Assembly: GCA_017474765.1 (NCBI GenBank)
Contig: JAFVGW010000023.1
Span: forward strand, 68,606-132,605
Reading direction: 5' to 3'
Origin: Salinivirgaceae bacterium
GTDB lineage: Bacteria; Bacteroidota; Bacteroidia; Bacteroidales; SZUA-534
DNA length: 64,000 nt
Under the pieces are notes generated by a model. That model had not been told where the DNA came from. It did no database searches and saw nothing but the letters and a program-made list of their open reading frames with translations. Shown piece after piece: positions 1 through 10,111 of the stretch; position 1 is the first letter of the stretch; each line of letters begins with the position of its first letter. Both the position numbers and the translations under genes were made by a program.

Positions 1-459
1 AAATGGCAGTTCGGCGTGGGCAGTTTGGTGGCTTTGGTTCACGATACTCTGTTCGTATTCTCGATGTACTCGCTGCTCTACAGCATAATGCCGTTCTCAA
101 TGTCGATTGACCAGTCGTTCATCGCCGCCATCCTGACAGTGGTTGGTTACTCAATCAACGACACCGTGGTTGTGTTCGACCGCATCCGTGAGTATATGGC
201 TACTCAGAGCAAGCGCTCGCTGAAAGATGTGATGAACGGTGCCGTCAACAGCACATTGGCTCGTACCATCAACACTTCGGTAACCACATTGCTCGTGTTG
301 ATAACCATCTTCATCTTCGGTGGCGAGGTTATCCGCGGATTCATCTTCGCAATGATGATTGGTATCGCAGTTGGTACTTACTCTTCACTGTTCGTGGCAA
401 CGCCAATCACCTACGATTTGCTCAACCGCGCATCGAAGAAAGATGAAGATGCTCAATAA
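1..459 (+). CDS. secF: Protein translocase SecF-type membrane domain, 3' end of secF/secDF (5' end outside window)
   Basis: Frame 1 is open from base 1 ([25 protein letters not shown]...). [14 protein letters not shown] and the following TM segments are typical of the SecF C-terminal region. TAA at 457-459. Confidence 0.85.
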   Translation, partial: KWQFGVGSLVALVHDTLFVFSMYSLLYSIMPFSMSIDQSFIAAILTVVGYSINDTVVVFDRIREYMATQSKRSLKDVMNGAVNSTLARTINTSVTTLLVLITIFIFGGEVIRGFIFAMMIGIAVGTYSSLFVATPITYDLLNRASKKDEDAQ

Positions 460-551
460 GAATTCATTTTCAAATGAAATATCAGCAAGGCTGCCGTTTG
501 GCGGCCTTGTTTTGTTTTATACTTTTATGGCCGAAAACAAAATCGAATCCG

Positions 552-1205
552 ATGATTAGCATTTCTGATATTCACAAATCGTACGGCGAGGTTGAGGTTC
601 TGAAGGGCATCAATCTTGAAGTGGCAAAGGGCGAGATTGTCTCGATAGTGGGCAAAAGCGGCGCAGGCAAGACCACGCTGCTGCAGATTGTTGGCACGCT
701 TCTGCGCCCCGACAGCGGTAAGGTGGTGATTGGCGGTGTCGATGTTACGGCATTGTCGGAGAAGGATTTGTCGCGGTTCCGCAACCGCAATCTTGGATTC
801 GTTTTTCAGGGTCACCAGTTGCTGCCAGAGTTCACTGCAGTTGAGAATGTGATGATTCCAGCATTGATAAACAACGGAACGCGCAAACAGTGCGAGGCAA
901 AAGCCGTTGAATTGCTTGAATATCTGAATCTTGGCCACCGTCTGAACCATAAGCCGCGCGAGATGTCGGGTGGTGAGCAGCAGCGTGTTGCCGTTGCCCG
1001 CGCGCTGATTAACGGCCCCGAAGTGATTCTTGCCGATGAGCCGTCGGGCAATCTCGACACAATGAACAAAGAGGAACTGCACCGCCTGTTTTTTGATTTG
1101 CGCGACAAGTTCAACCAGACCTTCGTCATCGTCACCCACGATATGAGCCTGGCCCAAATGTCTGACCGCACCATTACAATGCAGGATGGGCGGATTAGTG
1201 TTTAG
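552..1205 (+). CDS. ABC transporter ATP-binding protein (LolD/FtsE-like)
   Basis: ATG at 552 gives [12 protein letters not shown]. Walker [10 protein letters not shown], signature [15 protein letters not shown] and Walker B ILADEP are present. The upstream extension to 474 looks non-coding. Confidence 0.88.
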   Translation: MISISDIHKSYGEVEVLKGINLEVAKGEIVSIVGKSGAGKTTLLQIVGTLLRPDSGKVVIGGVDVTALSEKDLSRFRNRNLGFVFQGHQLLPEFTAVENVMIPALINNGTRKQCEAKAVELLEYLNLGHRLNHKPREMSGGEQQRVAVARALINGPEVILADEPSGNLDTMNKEELHRLFFDLRDKFNQTFVIVTHDMSLAQMSDRTITMQDGRISV

Positions 1206-1424
1206 GCACTAGGCATTAGGTATTGGTGTTAGGTGTTGGTAGGAACGCGAAGAGTTAAAAGGGTTGAGAAGGTTGAGGATGTCGAGAACGTTTAGAACCC
1301 CATCTTTCTAAACAGCGAAGCGCTAAACATTCTAAACTTTAAACTTGTTAAACCCGTTAAACGATTCACCGATTCACCAATCGTATTGTCTGAAGTCTGT
1401 TGTCCGAAGTCTGAAGTCTCAAGT
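1203..1424. repeat. Intergenic short-word tandem-repeat mosaic (locus A)
   Basis: taggcactaggcattaggtattggtgttaggtgttggtagg; ggttgagaaggttgaggatgtcgag; six taaac words; gattcaccgattcaccaatc; tctgaagtctgttgtccgaagtctgaagtctc. It fills the whole convergent spacer. Confidence 0.85.
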
Positions 1425-2816
1425 TTATTTGCTTCGGAATAAATGCACGTACCCTTTGCGGCGGAATTTTTCGTCGTTCCAACCTTCAGCGTAGATGGTG
1501 TAGAAGTAGACGCCAGCGGGTGCGTCACCAAAGCCGAATGTCTTGCCGTCCCAACCTTCCCAACTGCCATCGTTGTCTTCGTAACTGTAGATTCTCATGC
1601 CCCAACGGTCGTAAATCTTGATTTCGAAGTGGCGGATTGATTTCGGCATTGTCTCATCAGTGAATTTGAACACAGGGTTGGCGCCGCCTGGTGTGAAGGC
1701 GTTCGGAATGTCAGGGTTCTTTGCGATGAACGACGAATCGACATTAATGTATTCTTCCTTCAGCAGGCGGTCGACGCATTGGTGCTGCTCGCCATCGACA
1801 ATGTAGACAGGGCCTTTCACCATCAGTGCCACGTCGTAGCCGTATTTCTCATTCGGGCGTCTGTACAGAATCGAGTCGGGCGGATATTGCGTTGTGATGG
1901 TGTCCGTCATCAGCGAGTCGGCTTCCACAACGCGCTGGTCGATAGGCTTATAGAAGTACCACGACCACTCGATGGCATTTTCCGAACTGTCGATGAATTG
2001 CACGAGTAGCGGTGCCTGGCCGCTGCTGTCGGTTTCTTCGGTCGGGACAAAACTGCGGCTGGCCGAGAATTTGGCTTTCACGGCTTTCAGATAGACATTG
2101 CCGTCGCCGTTGTCGTCGCCTTCTTCAATCTCAAGTTTCTTGGTGCGGCTCTCGCCGTGCGAGTCTTCAACCGTCAGTCTGTAAACTGTTGGTTTTGTGG
2201 GCGCTTCAAAAACGGGGTTCTTCACCGACGGAATGGCGGCGCCTTGCGGCGTGGCTTCCCATCGGTATTTCATAAATTTCACGTTATCACTGAAATAGGT
2301 CAGGGGCTTGCCGCTCACACGGTCGTAGTATTCAAATTCTTCGTCATAGGCCATCGATGTGTGCAGTTCCATCAGTTCGCAGGTCGAGTTGTAGACGTTT
2401 ATGGCGCTCACATTGAACTCGTTCTGGAAAACCCATGCGTAAAATGCTGTGTCCCATGTGTTTTGGCTATTGCTGACGGTCACCATGTAGCCGCCTTGCG
2501 TGCAGTTATCCTTGGTCGATTCGGCCACGCCGCTTTCGGTTTTCAGTGCGATGTCGAATTTCGAAGTCCGCTCGTTGTAACTGAACCAACTGAAAGTCAG
2601 GTTTGTGCTGTCGGGCACCGATGCCGTGAGAGTGCCTGTGGTGTTGAATCCGCGCGGGTCGGAGTAGTAGACGAAAATCGGGTCGTTGGCAATCGAGTCG
2701 GTTTTGTAGGTGGTGGTGTCGGACCTGCTGGCGTTGGCCGTTATTTGCGAAAAGGTACTGCCGCCCCAAAGAATCAGGCCGACGAGTAGCAAAATTGATG
2801 GTCCGCGTTTTGTCAT
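1425..2816 (-). CDS. T9SS type B C-terminal sorting domain protein (gliding-motility-associated CTD family)
   Basis: ATG at 2816 gives signal peptide MTKRGPSILLLVGLILWGGSTFSQ. The C-terminus IPNAFTPGGANPVFKF...YDRWGMRIYSYED...WDGK...GVYFYTIYAEG matches the type B CTD pattern (TIGR04131 family). Confidence 0.8.
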   Translation of the reverse strand: MTKRGPSILLLVGLILWGGSTFSQITANASRSDTTTYKTDSIANDPIFVYYSDPRGFNTTGTLTASVPDSTNLTFSWFSYNERTSKFDIALKTESGVAESTKDNCTQGGYMVTVSNSQNTWDTAFYAWVFQNEFNVSAINVYNSTCELMELHTSMAYDEEFEYYDRVSGKPLTYFSDNVKFMKYRWEATPQGAAIPSVKNPVFEAPTKPTVYRLTVEDSHGESRTKKLEIEEGDDNGDGNVYLKAVKAKFSASRSFVPTEETDSSGQAPLLVQFIDSSENAIEWSWYFYKPIDQRVVEADSLMTDTITTQYPPDSILYRRPNEKYGYDVALMVKGPVYIVDGEQHQCVDRLLKEEYINVDSSFIAKNPDIPNAFTPGGANPVFKFTDETMPKSIRHFEIKIYDRWGMRIYSYEDNDGSWEGWDGKTFGFGDAPAGVYFYTIYAEGWNDEKFRRKGYVHLFRSK

Positions 2817-2977
2817 CTTGAAAAAATCTGTCGATAGCAATAACTCAAAAATCGAGCGCAATATTATATAAAATTAGGCAAATCGCGCGAATTGCCGTTT
2901 TGTTAAAAACTATGTTGCCGATATTCGGTTTCTCTCAACTTTTTTGCGGTAATTTGCCGACGATTGATACAGAAAAA

Positions 2978-5278
2978 ATGCAGAACTATCTCGACCAACT
3001 CAACGATGTGCAGCGAGCCGCAGTGCAGGCCACGCAAGGCCCGTGCCTGATTGTGGCAGGTGCTGGTTCGGGTAAGACGCGCGTGCTAACCTACCGCATT
3101 GCCCACCTGCTTGCCAACGGCGTGAAACCGTGGAACATTCTTGCTCTGACCTTCACCAACAAGGCCGCACGCGAGATGCAGTCGCGTATCGAGTCGCTGG
3201 TTGGTGGCTCTGACGCGCAGTCGCTTGTCATGGGCACGTTCCATTCCATCTTCAGCCACATTCTGCGTATGGAGCACGAGAGCATCGGCTTTCCATCGGC
3301 TTACACCATCTACGACACTACCGATTCAAAAAGCCTTATCAAGTCCATTATCAAGGAGATGCGTCTCGATGACAAGGTTTACAAGCCCAACCACATCGCC
3401 AACCGCATATCGATGGCCAAAAACAATCTGGTTACGCCCGATACCTACAAGGCCAGCACCGAACTGATGGCTACCGACAATGCCAACCGCATGCCGCTAA
3501 TCGCCACAATATATGAGCGTTACGTGGCTCGCTGCCGTCAGGCGTCGGCAATGGATTTCGACGATTTGCTGCTCAACACCAACATCCTTTTCCGCGACAA
3601 TCCTACCGTGCTCGACAAGTATCAGCAGCGGTTCAAATATATTTTGGTCGATGAGTATCAGGACACGAACTATGCGCAGTATCTGATAATCAAGAAATTG
3701 GCGCAGCAACATCAGAACATCTGCGTTGTGGGCGATGATGCGCAGAGCATCTACTCGTTCCGAGGCGCGAAAATCGAGAACATTCTGAATTTCCGAAACG
3801 ACTATCCGCAGTGCCGATTGTTCAAACTTGAGCAGAACTATCGCTCGACGCAGAACATTGTTTCGGCGGCTAACAGCCTGATTAAGAAGAATGAACATCA
3901 GATTCCGAAAGATGTTTTTTCAGAAAAGGACGAAGGCGACCCTGTGCGTGTCATGGCCGCAATGACCGATATTGAAGAGAGTTACAACGTGGTGGGTGAC
4001 ATTTTCGCCAAAATTGCCAACAAACATTGCCACTACAGCGATTTCGCCATCTTGTACCGCACCAACGCGCAGAGCCGAACCTTTGAAGAAGCCTTGCGCA
4101 AACGCAATTTCCCGTATAAGATTTACGGCGGACAGTCGTTCTACCAACGCAAGGAAGTGAAAGACGCCATTGCTTATATGCGTCTGATTGTCAATAACAA
4201 CGATGACGAAGCACTGCGCCGTGTCATCAACTATCCCGCGCGAGGAATCGGCGAGACCACAGTGGATAAAATCAGCGCGACAGCCAACGCCAACAATTGC
4301 AGCATGTGGACTGTTGCGACCAATCCCGAGTTGTTGGCAGTGGCGGGACTAAATCGCGGAACGGTTGCCAAAGTTGCAGGATTCACCGAACTGATTGGCA
4401 AATTCATTCCGATGCTCGACAAGGTTGACGCTTACGATATGGCTCGTGAAATTATTGATACTGTGGGTATTAAGAACGAATACCAAAATTCTGACGACCC
4501 CGACGACCAAAGCCGTCTCGAAAACATCGAAGAACTTTTGCGCGGCATAAGCGATTATGTGGCAGCCAATTACAAAGAAGGTGAGAGTCCGCGTCTGGTC
4601 GGATTCCTTGAAAACGTGGCGCTCATTACCGATCAGGACAATCGCAAGACTGAAAGCATGGACAGCATCACACTGATGACCATTCATTCGGCCAAAGGTT
4701 TGGAATTCCCGTATGTATATATAGTAGGTGTGGAGGAAGGTTTGTTCCCGTCGTCAATGTCGGTTTACAGTCAGCACGAGTTGGAGGAGGAGCGGCGCTT
4801 GTTTTACGTTGCGCTCACGCGGGCCATGCAGCAGGTTACCGTTTCCTATTGCCGTAGCCGAGCTAAATACGGCGGCGCTCGGGAGCAGGTAACACCGAGC
4901 CGCTTCATCAAAGACATCGACCCGCAATATATGACTGTGGTTTCGGGTGCGGTAGGTGGTGCGCAGCGTGCCACATTCGGTTCGTCATCGTTTGGCTCAT
5001 CGTCGTTCGGGCAGACAAAAATTCCGACAGGGGCATCGTTTGCCGCACAACGACGCTTGCAGCAACTTCGTCAGCAGCCAAGTCAGTCTTCAAGTATTCA
5101 GCCTTCACCAATCGACAGCATACGGCCAGGAGTTACCGTGCTGCACCAACAGTTCGGGCAAGGCAAAGTTCTGCGCATGGACGGCAATGCCGACAGCCGC
5201 GCCGCCATAATCTTCTTTCCGAAAGCAGGCGAGAAAAAACTGCTGCTGAAATTCGCCAAACTGCAGGTGGTGGAGTAG
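2978..5278 (+). CDS. ATP-dependent DNA helicase, UvrD/PcrA/Rep family
   Basis: ATG at 2978 gives MQNYLDQLNDVQRAAV. Motifs AGAGSGKTRVLTYRIAHL, ILVDEYQDTN, VVGDDAQSIYSFRGA, LEQNYRS, TIHSAKGLEF and LFYVALTRA are present, plus a C-terminal Tudor-like tail. Confidence 0.92.
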   Translation: MQNYLDQLNDVQRAAVQATQGPCLIVAGAGSGKTRVLTYRIAHLLANGVKPWNILALTFTNKAAREMQSRIESLVGGSDAQSLVMGTFHSIFSHILRMEHESIGFPSAYTIYDTTDSKSLIKSIIKEMRLDDKVYKPNHIANRISMAKNNLVTPDTYKASTELMATDNANRMPLIATIYERYVARCRQASAMDFDDLLLNTNILFRDNPTVLDKYQQRFKYILVDEYQDTNYAQYLIIKKLAQQHQNICVVGDDAQSIYSFRGAKIENILNFRNDYPQCRLFKLEQNYRSTQNIVSAANSLIKKNEHQIPKDVFSEKDEGDPVRVMAAMTDIEESYNVVGDIFAKIANKHCHYSDFAILYRTNAQSRTFEEALRKRNFPYKIYGGQSFYQRKEVKDAIAYMRLIVNNNDDEALRRVINYPARGIGETTVDKISATANANNCSMWTVATNPELLAVAGLNRGTVAKVAGFTELIGKFIPMLDKVDAYDMAREIIDTVGIKNEYQNSDDPDDQSRLENIEELLRGISDYVAANYKEGESPRLVGFLENVALITDQDNRKTESMDSITLMTIHSAKGLEFPYVYIVGVEEGLFPSSMSVYSQHELEEERRLFYVALTRAMQQVTVSYCRSRAKYGGAREQVTPSRFIKDIDPQYMTVVSGAVGGAQRATFGSSSFGSSSFGQTKIPTGASFAAQRRLQQLRQQPSQSSSIQPSPIDSIRPGVTVLHQQFGQGKVLRMDGNADSRAAIIFFPKAGEKKLLLKFAKLQVVE

Positions 5279-5426
5279 GTGCGTTTTTCTGACAACGGAC
5301 AGTTCGCGTTATTGAATAACTGTTTCACAATATATTGTTCATAATGCGTAAAAAACTTAGTGCCATATATGCAAATTTTTCTTTCCTTTGTGGATTGTGA
5401 AGCAACAACTATTTGTTAATATGTTT

Positions 5427-8400
5427 ATGAAGAAGTTTACTATGCTGATTGTGTGCCTCTTGTCCCTTGGCATTCAGTTAGTTAGTGCACAAAACAAGAC
5501 CTTGACAGGTACAGTTATCTCTTCGGAGGACAACCAGCCTCTGCCAGGTGTCAATGTTATTGTGAAAGGGACTACTATGGGAACAATTACCGATTTCGAT
5601 GGTAATTTCAGTTTAAGTGTTCCTGCTGATGCTGAAACTCTGGTATTCTCGTTCATGGGAATGCAGACACAGGAAGTGGCAATCGGTACAACAACAAAAT
5701 TCAACGTCACTCTTGATCCTGAGTCGATCGGTATGGACGAAGTTGTGGTTGTGGCCTACGGTACAGCAAAGAAATCATCGTTCACGGGTTCTGCATCGCA
5801 GGTTAAGGGTTCTGAACTCGAGAAGATGAAAGTGTCAGACGTGTCGAAAGCCTTGGAAGGAAAGGTTGCTGGCGTTCAGTCGTCGAGCAGCAGTGGTACT
5901 CCTGGTTCATCGGCAAAGATTCTGATCCGTGGTATCGGCTCAATCTCAGCAAGCCAAAGTCCGTTGATTGTGGTTGATGGTGTGCCATACGAAGGCTCAC
6001 TCAACTCAATATCGCAACAGGATATTGAATCATATACCATTTTGAAGGATGCGGCGGCCAACTCAATGTATGGTGCTCGCGGTTCGAACGGTGTAATCAT
6101 CATCACAACCAAGAAAGGAAAGAGCGGCAAACCGCAAATCAATGCTGAAGCCAACTTGGGATTCAATGCCCGCGGCGTTGGTAATTACGATGTAATCACT
6201 GATCCAGGCGAATACTACGAAATGTTTTATGAGTCGTATCGTAACAGTTTGCTTGGCTCAAAAAGTTATTTTGCCGCAAGCGAATATGCCTCTAACAATT
6301 TGGTTAAGCAATTGGGTGGTTTTAATATCTACAAGGGAGTTGATGACAATAATATAATTGATCCTGAAACAGGAAAACTAACCTCTGAGGCAAAAGCTGC
6401 AAGTAAGAAATGGAGCGACAGCTGGCTTGAAGATCCGTTCAAAAAGCGTCTGCGTCAAGAATATAACGTAAATGTTAGCGGTGGTGGTGAGGTTACAAAT
6501 GCCTACCTGTCAATATCTTATCTTGATGATAACGGCTATGTTACTAATTCGGGCTTTAAACGTGCCGCTGCCCGTTTGAAGGCAGAGCATAAGTTAGGTA
6601 GCAATATCCGTGTTGAGGGTAATGTGGCTTATGCCAGAACTGATATGAGCGTTTTTGCTGATGAAACTGGTTCAAACTATAGCAACTTGTTTATGTTCTC
6701 GCAAATGATTGCTCCTATTTATCCTATTTATAAATATGATGAAGAGGGCAATCAAGTTTATAAGAACACAGGTGAAAAAGAATACGAGTTTACCACCAAA
6801 TACGCTGCTAATCAGAACCCAATGGCTGTGCTTGAAGCAAGTATCATCAAGAACGTGGTTGACAACGTAACATCAAGAGGTTTGTTCGAAGTGAAATTCC
6901 TTAAAGATTTCAAATTCACAGTCAATGCAGCTTACGACCTTTTTGTTGTGAATAGCACAACGTTCCAAACACCTATTGGTGGTGACGCAGCAAATGTTGG
7001 TGGTCGTGGATACAAAGAGATGCAACGTTATGGAGCATTGAATGCCAACCAGTTGCTCGATTACAATCACGATTTCGGCTTGCACAATGTGAAAGTTCTT
7101 TTGGGTCATGAAATTAAAAAGGATGTGGTCAATTACATGATGGGACACATGACCAACTTTGTCAATGCTAAAAACCCTGAATTTGCCAATGCCACGAAAT
7201 ATCAGGATTTGAGTTCGTTAACGTCAGAGTCAACTCTTGAAGGCTTTATGTCGCGTGTCGAGTATAACTACAACGACCGCTATTATCTGACTGCAAGTAT
7301 TCGTCGTGATGCAAGTTCGCAGTTCGATCCAAAATCACGCTGGGGTACTTTCTGGGCTGTTGGTGGTGCATGGCGTATCAAGGAAGAGAACTTCATGCGT
7401 GACATTGAGCAAATCGATAACTTCAAACTCAAAGTAAGCTACGGAACCCAGGGTAACAACAACTTGGGCTTGGCAAAGGTTTACGAAGATTTGTACAGTG
7501 TCGACCGTGTTAACGGTGAGGCAGCTTTGTCAAAGACATTGCGTGGCAATCCTGATTTGACTTGGGAGAAGTCAGCAAACTTTAACGCAGGTTTTGAGTC
7601 GCGATTCTTGGATCGTTTCGATTTGAATGTCGATTTCTTCATCAAGGAGACAAAAGACATGATTTATAAACACCCACTGCCACCATCAGAAGGAAAACCA
7701 AACTATACTTGGCGGAACGAGATGAACATGAAGAACATTGGTGTTGAATTGGAGACTACTGTTGATGTTGTAAACAAAAACGATATCAAGTGGAGTGTAT
7801 CACTCAATGGTATGACATACAAGAACAAACTGACCAAGTTGGCATCAGGCAAACCTGACGATGGTTATCAGGCAGGCAGTTATTGGCGCAAGAAGGGTGG
7901 TTCTTTGTATGATTGGTACACATACAAATATGCTGGTGTTGACCCGACCAATGGTAAGGCACAATATTGGAGAATTGATGAGGAGACAGGAGAAGCGTCA
8001 AAAGTTTACGATTCTTCTAAAGCAACTCAGCAGGAAATCGGCAAATCCGCTATTCCAGACTGGGCTGGCGGTATATCAACAAGCGTTGAGGCATACGGCT
8101 TTGATTTAAGTATTTCGACAGCTCATCAGATTGGTGGCTGGGTATGGGATTCGTTCTATCAGAGTCTTATGAATGCCGGCGACAATGGTGAGAACTTCCA
8201 CAAAGATATGTTCAACCGTTGGACTCCGGGACATACCGACACAGATGTTCCTGCTTTGAGTTTTGGTGACCGTGATGCGAACGCCTCTTGCGACCGTTGG
8301 TTGACCAAGGCTTCGTATTTCAGCATCAAGAATATAACTTTGGGATATTCGTTGCCAAGCTCGCTGCTTGAGAAATATAAGATTGAGAAGATGCGCTTCT

Positions 8401-8534
8401 ATATCACAGGCGACAACATCTGGTTGTTCTCGAAGCGTAAGGGATTGGATCCACGTCAGGACTTTGATGGTTCGACAGGTTATGCATATTCTGCTTTGAG
8501 CACTTATTCTGCCGGAGTTAAAATAACATTCTAA
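5427..8534 (+). CDS. SusC/RagA family TonB-linked outer membrane protein
   Basis: Signal peptide MKKFTMLIVCLLSLGIQLVSAQ (ATG 5421 is also possible). Carboxypeptidase-regulatory-like domain LTGTVISSEDNQPLPGVNVIVKGTTMGTITDFDGNFSL. Plug motifs DEVVVVAYGT and MYGARGSNGVIIITTKKG. About 1040 aa with terminal F. A SusD-like gene follows directly. Confidence 0.95.
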   Translation: MKKFTMLIVCLLSLGIQLVSAQNKTLTGTVISSEDNQPLPGVNVIVKGTTMGTITDFDGNFSLSVPADAETLVFSFMGMQTQEVAIGTTTKFNVTLDPESIGMDEVVVVAYGTAKKSSFTGSASQVKGSELEKMKVSDVSKALEGKVAGVQSSSSSGTPGSSAKILIRGIGSISASQSPLIVVDGVPYEGSLNSISQQDIESYTILKDAAANSMYGARGSNGVIIITTKKGKSGKPQINAEANLGFNARGVGNYDVITDPGEYYEMFYESYRNSLLGSKSYFAASEYASNNLVKQLGGFNIYKGVDDNNIIDPETGKLTSEAKAASKKWSDSWLEDPFKKRLRQEYNVNVSGGGEVTNAYLSISYLDDNGYVTNSGFKRAAARLKAEHKLGSNIRVEGNVAYARTDMSVFADETGSNYSNLFMFSQMIAPIYPIYKYDEEGNQVYKNTGEKEYEFTTKYAANQNPMAVLEASIIKNVVDNVTSRGLFEVKFLKDFKFTVNAAYDLFVVNSTTFQTPIGGDAANVGGRGYKEMQRYGALNANQLLDYNHDFGLHNVKVLLGHEIKKDVVNYMMGHMTNFVNAKNPEFANATKYQDLSSLTSESTLEGFMSRVEYNYNDRYYLTASIRRDASSQFDPKSRWGTFWAVGGAWRIKEENFMRDIEQIDNFKLKVSYGTQGNNNLGLAKVYEDLYSVDRVNGEAALSKTLRGNPDLTWEKSANFNAGFESRFLDRFDLNVDFFIKETKDMIYKHPLPPSEGKPNYTWRNEMNMKNIGVELETTVDVVNKNDIKWSVSLNGMTYKNKLTKLASGKPDDGYQAGSYWRKKGGSLYDWYTYKYAGVDPTNGKAQYWRIDEETGEASKVYDSSKATQQEIGKSAIPDWAGGISTSVEAYGFDLSISTAHQIGGWVWDSFYQSLMNAGDNGENFHKDMFNRWTPGHTDTDVPALSFGDRDANASCDRWLTKASYFSIKNITLGYSLPSSLLEKYKIEKMRFYITGDNIWLFSKRKGLDPRQDFDGSTGYAYSALSTYSAGVKITF

Positions 8535-8557
8535 TCAGGGATTTAAAACTTAAAGAA

Positions 8558-10093
8558 ATGAAAATTACACGTATATCAACATTAGTGCTTGGGGTGGTTG
8601 CAGCTGTAACCATGAACTCATGCAGCGAAGAATTCCTTGACGGAGAAATAACTGCCCAGCTCGACTCAGAAACGGCAGCATCGTTGGTCGAGTCTGACCC
8701 CGACGCTTTGAACGCTTACCTGAATGGCATTTGGTCGTTCATGGTGTCGGCTAATGTTAATGGCTCAGATGGTAGTAACCATGAAGATTTTTCGTATATG
8801 TCAGTTTTGCATTCAACCGAGATGCAAGGTGAGGACATAGTATTCTTTAATTCCAGCTGGTTTGTATATGATTATGCTTTCGATGAGAGAGAATACCCCT
8901 ATGCTCGTACAGCAATTGATTGGCTTACATTCTACACACTGATTGCTAAGTCTAATGAGATAATTGACCTCTTCAATGAAGATCCAACCACGAAAGAGGC
9001 AAAGGGAATCATGGGACAGGCATACGCAGTTCGCGGAATGTCGTATTACTATCTGATACAGTTGTATCAGCAGTATATGAAAGACGCCAATACAATTAAC
9101 TACGATGCTCCCGGCGTTCCTTTGCGTTACAGTAAGAGAGAGAATTTGAGCGAAGAAGAGATAAAAGACCGCGCTGGCCGTAATACTGTGAAAATGGTGT
9201 TTGACCAAATTGAGAGCGATTTGACAAAAGCCGTTGATTTGTTGGATGCAGGTTATGAGCGTCCTAAAGGCGCCAGTGGCAAGGATTTTATTGACGTGCA
9301 TGTTGCCAACGGCCTTTTGGCTCGCTACTATCTGATGTCGCAGCAATGGCAGAAAGCCGCTGATGCGGCAAATGCTGCCCGTAAGGGTTATAAAATCATG
9401 GACGAGGCAGGTATGAAAGATGGCTTTATTGACATAACCAACGAAGAGTGGATGTGGGGATTCGACCATAGTTCAGAAACAATGACTGGTTTTGTATCGT
9501 TCTTCTCTCACATGAGTAATCTTGCTCCAGGTTATTCGGGCATGGATTATTCAGGACGCGGTATTTCTGATTGGTTGTATAATCAGATGAGCATCACTGA
9601 TTTGCGCAGGAAAGACTGGTTCAACGATGCTCAAGGTTCGTTGTTTACTGATCCAAGTCTTCCAGGAGCTTGCCATCCGTATGCAATCTTAAAATTTGGT
9701 GGCGACGGTAACTGGGAAATGGATTATCCATACATGAGAGCATCGGAAATGGTTCTTATCGAGGCAGAAGCATACGCCCATCTCGGCGATGGTGAAACAG
9801 CAGCGACTGTTTTGAAGGAGCTGATGGAAAAACGTGATCCTGCATGGAACAAAACATCTGTAACCGTTTATGATGTGTGGATTCAGCGCCGCATCGAACT
9901 TATCGGCGAGGGATTTTCCTTTTTCGATCTGAAACGGTTGTATGAAGGTATTGACCGTACCAAAAGTACTAATCACATGGTACCTTATAACAAATTTATT
10001 ATTGAAGCAGGTGCTGTTGATTGGACATATCAGATTCCGCTTCGTGAGATTCAGGAAAACGACGAAATTGAAGAAAAAGACCAAAATCCATAA
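8558..10093 (+). CDS. RagB/SusD family nutrient uptake outer membrane lipoprotein
   Basis: Lipoprotein signal ending VTMNSC. Starts 23 nt after the SusC-like stop. Helical TPR-like protein of about 510 aa with SusD-typical length and composition. Confidence 0.9.
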   Translation: MKITRISTLVLGVVAAVTMNSCSEEFLDGEITAQLDSETAASLVESDPDALNAYLNGIWSFMVSANVNGSDGSNHEDFSYMSVLHSTEMQGEDIVFFNSSWFVYDYAFDEREYPYARTAIDWLTFYTLIAKSNEIIDLFNEDPTTKEAKGIMGQAYAVRGMSYYYLIQLYQQYMKDANTINYDAPGVPLRYSKRENLSEEEIKDRAGRNTVKMVFDQIESDLTKAVDLLDAGYERPKGASGKDFIDVHVANGLLARYYLMSQQWQKAADAANAARKGYKIMDEAGMKDGFIDITNEEWMWGFDHSSETMTGFVSFFSHMSNLAPGYSGMDYSGRGISDWLYNQMSITDLRRKDWFNDAQGSLFTDPSLPGACHPYAILKFGGDGNWEMDYPYMRASEMVLIEAEAYAHLGDGETAATVLKELMEKRDPAWNKTSVTVYDVWIQRRIELIGEGFSFFDLKRLYEGIDRTKSTNHMVPYNKFIIEAGAVDWTYQIPLREIQENDEIEEKDQNP

Positions 10094-10111
10094 ACTTAAA
10101 ACTTGTATCTG

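Noticed and set aside
474-551. N-terminal extension of the ABC ATPase ORF, and the overlapping ORF 359-559
   Set aside because: The conserved ABC N-terminus begins at the ATG at 552. The extension has no homology-like features and starts 15 nt after the secF stop.
1203-1424. CRISPR array or coding microsatellite as an explanation for the word repeats (also at 50300-50536)
   Set aside because: The units are 5-8 nt with no repeat-spacer periodicity. Stops occur in all frames, so the tracts are not coding.
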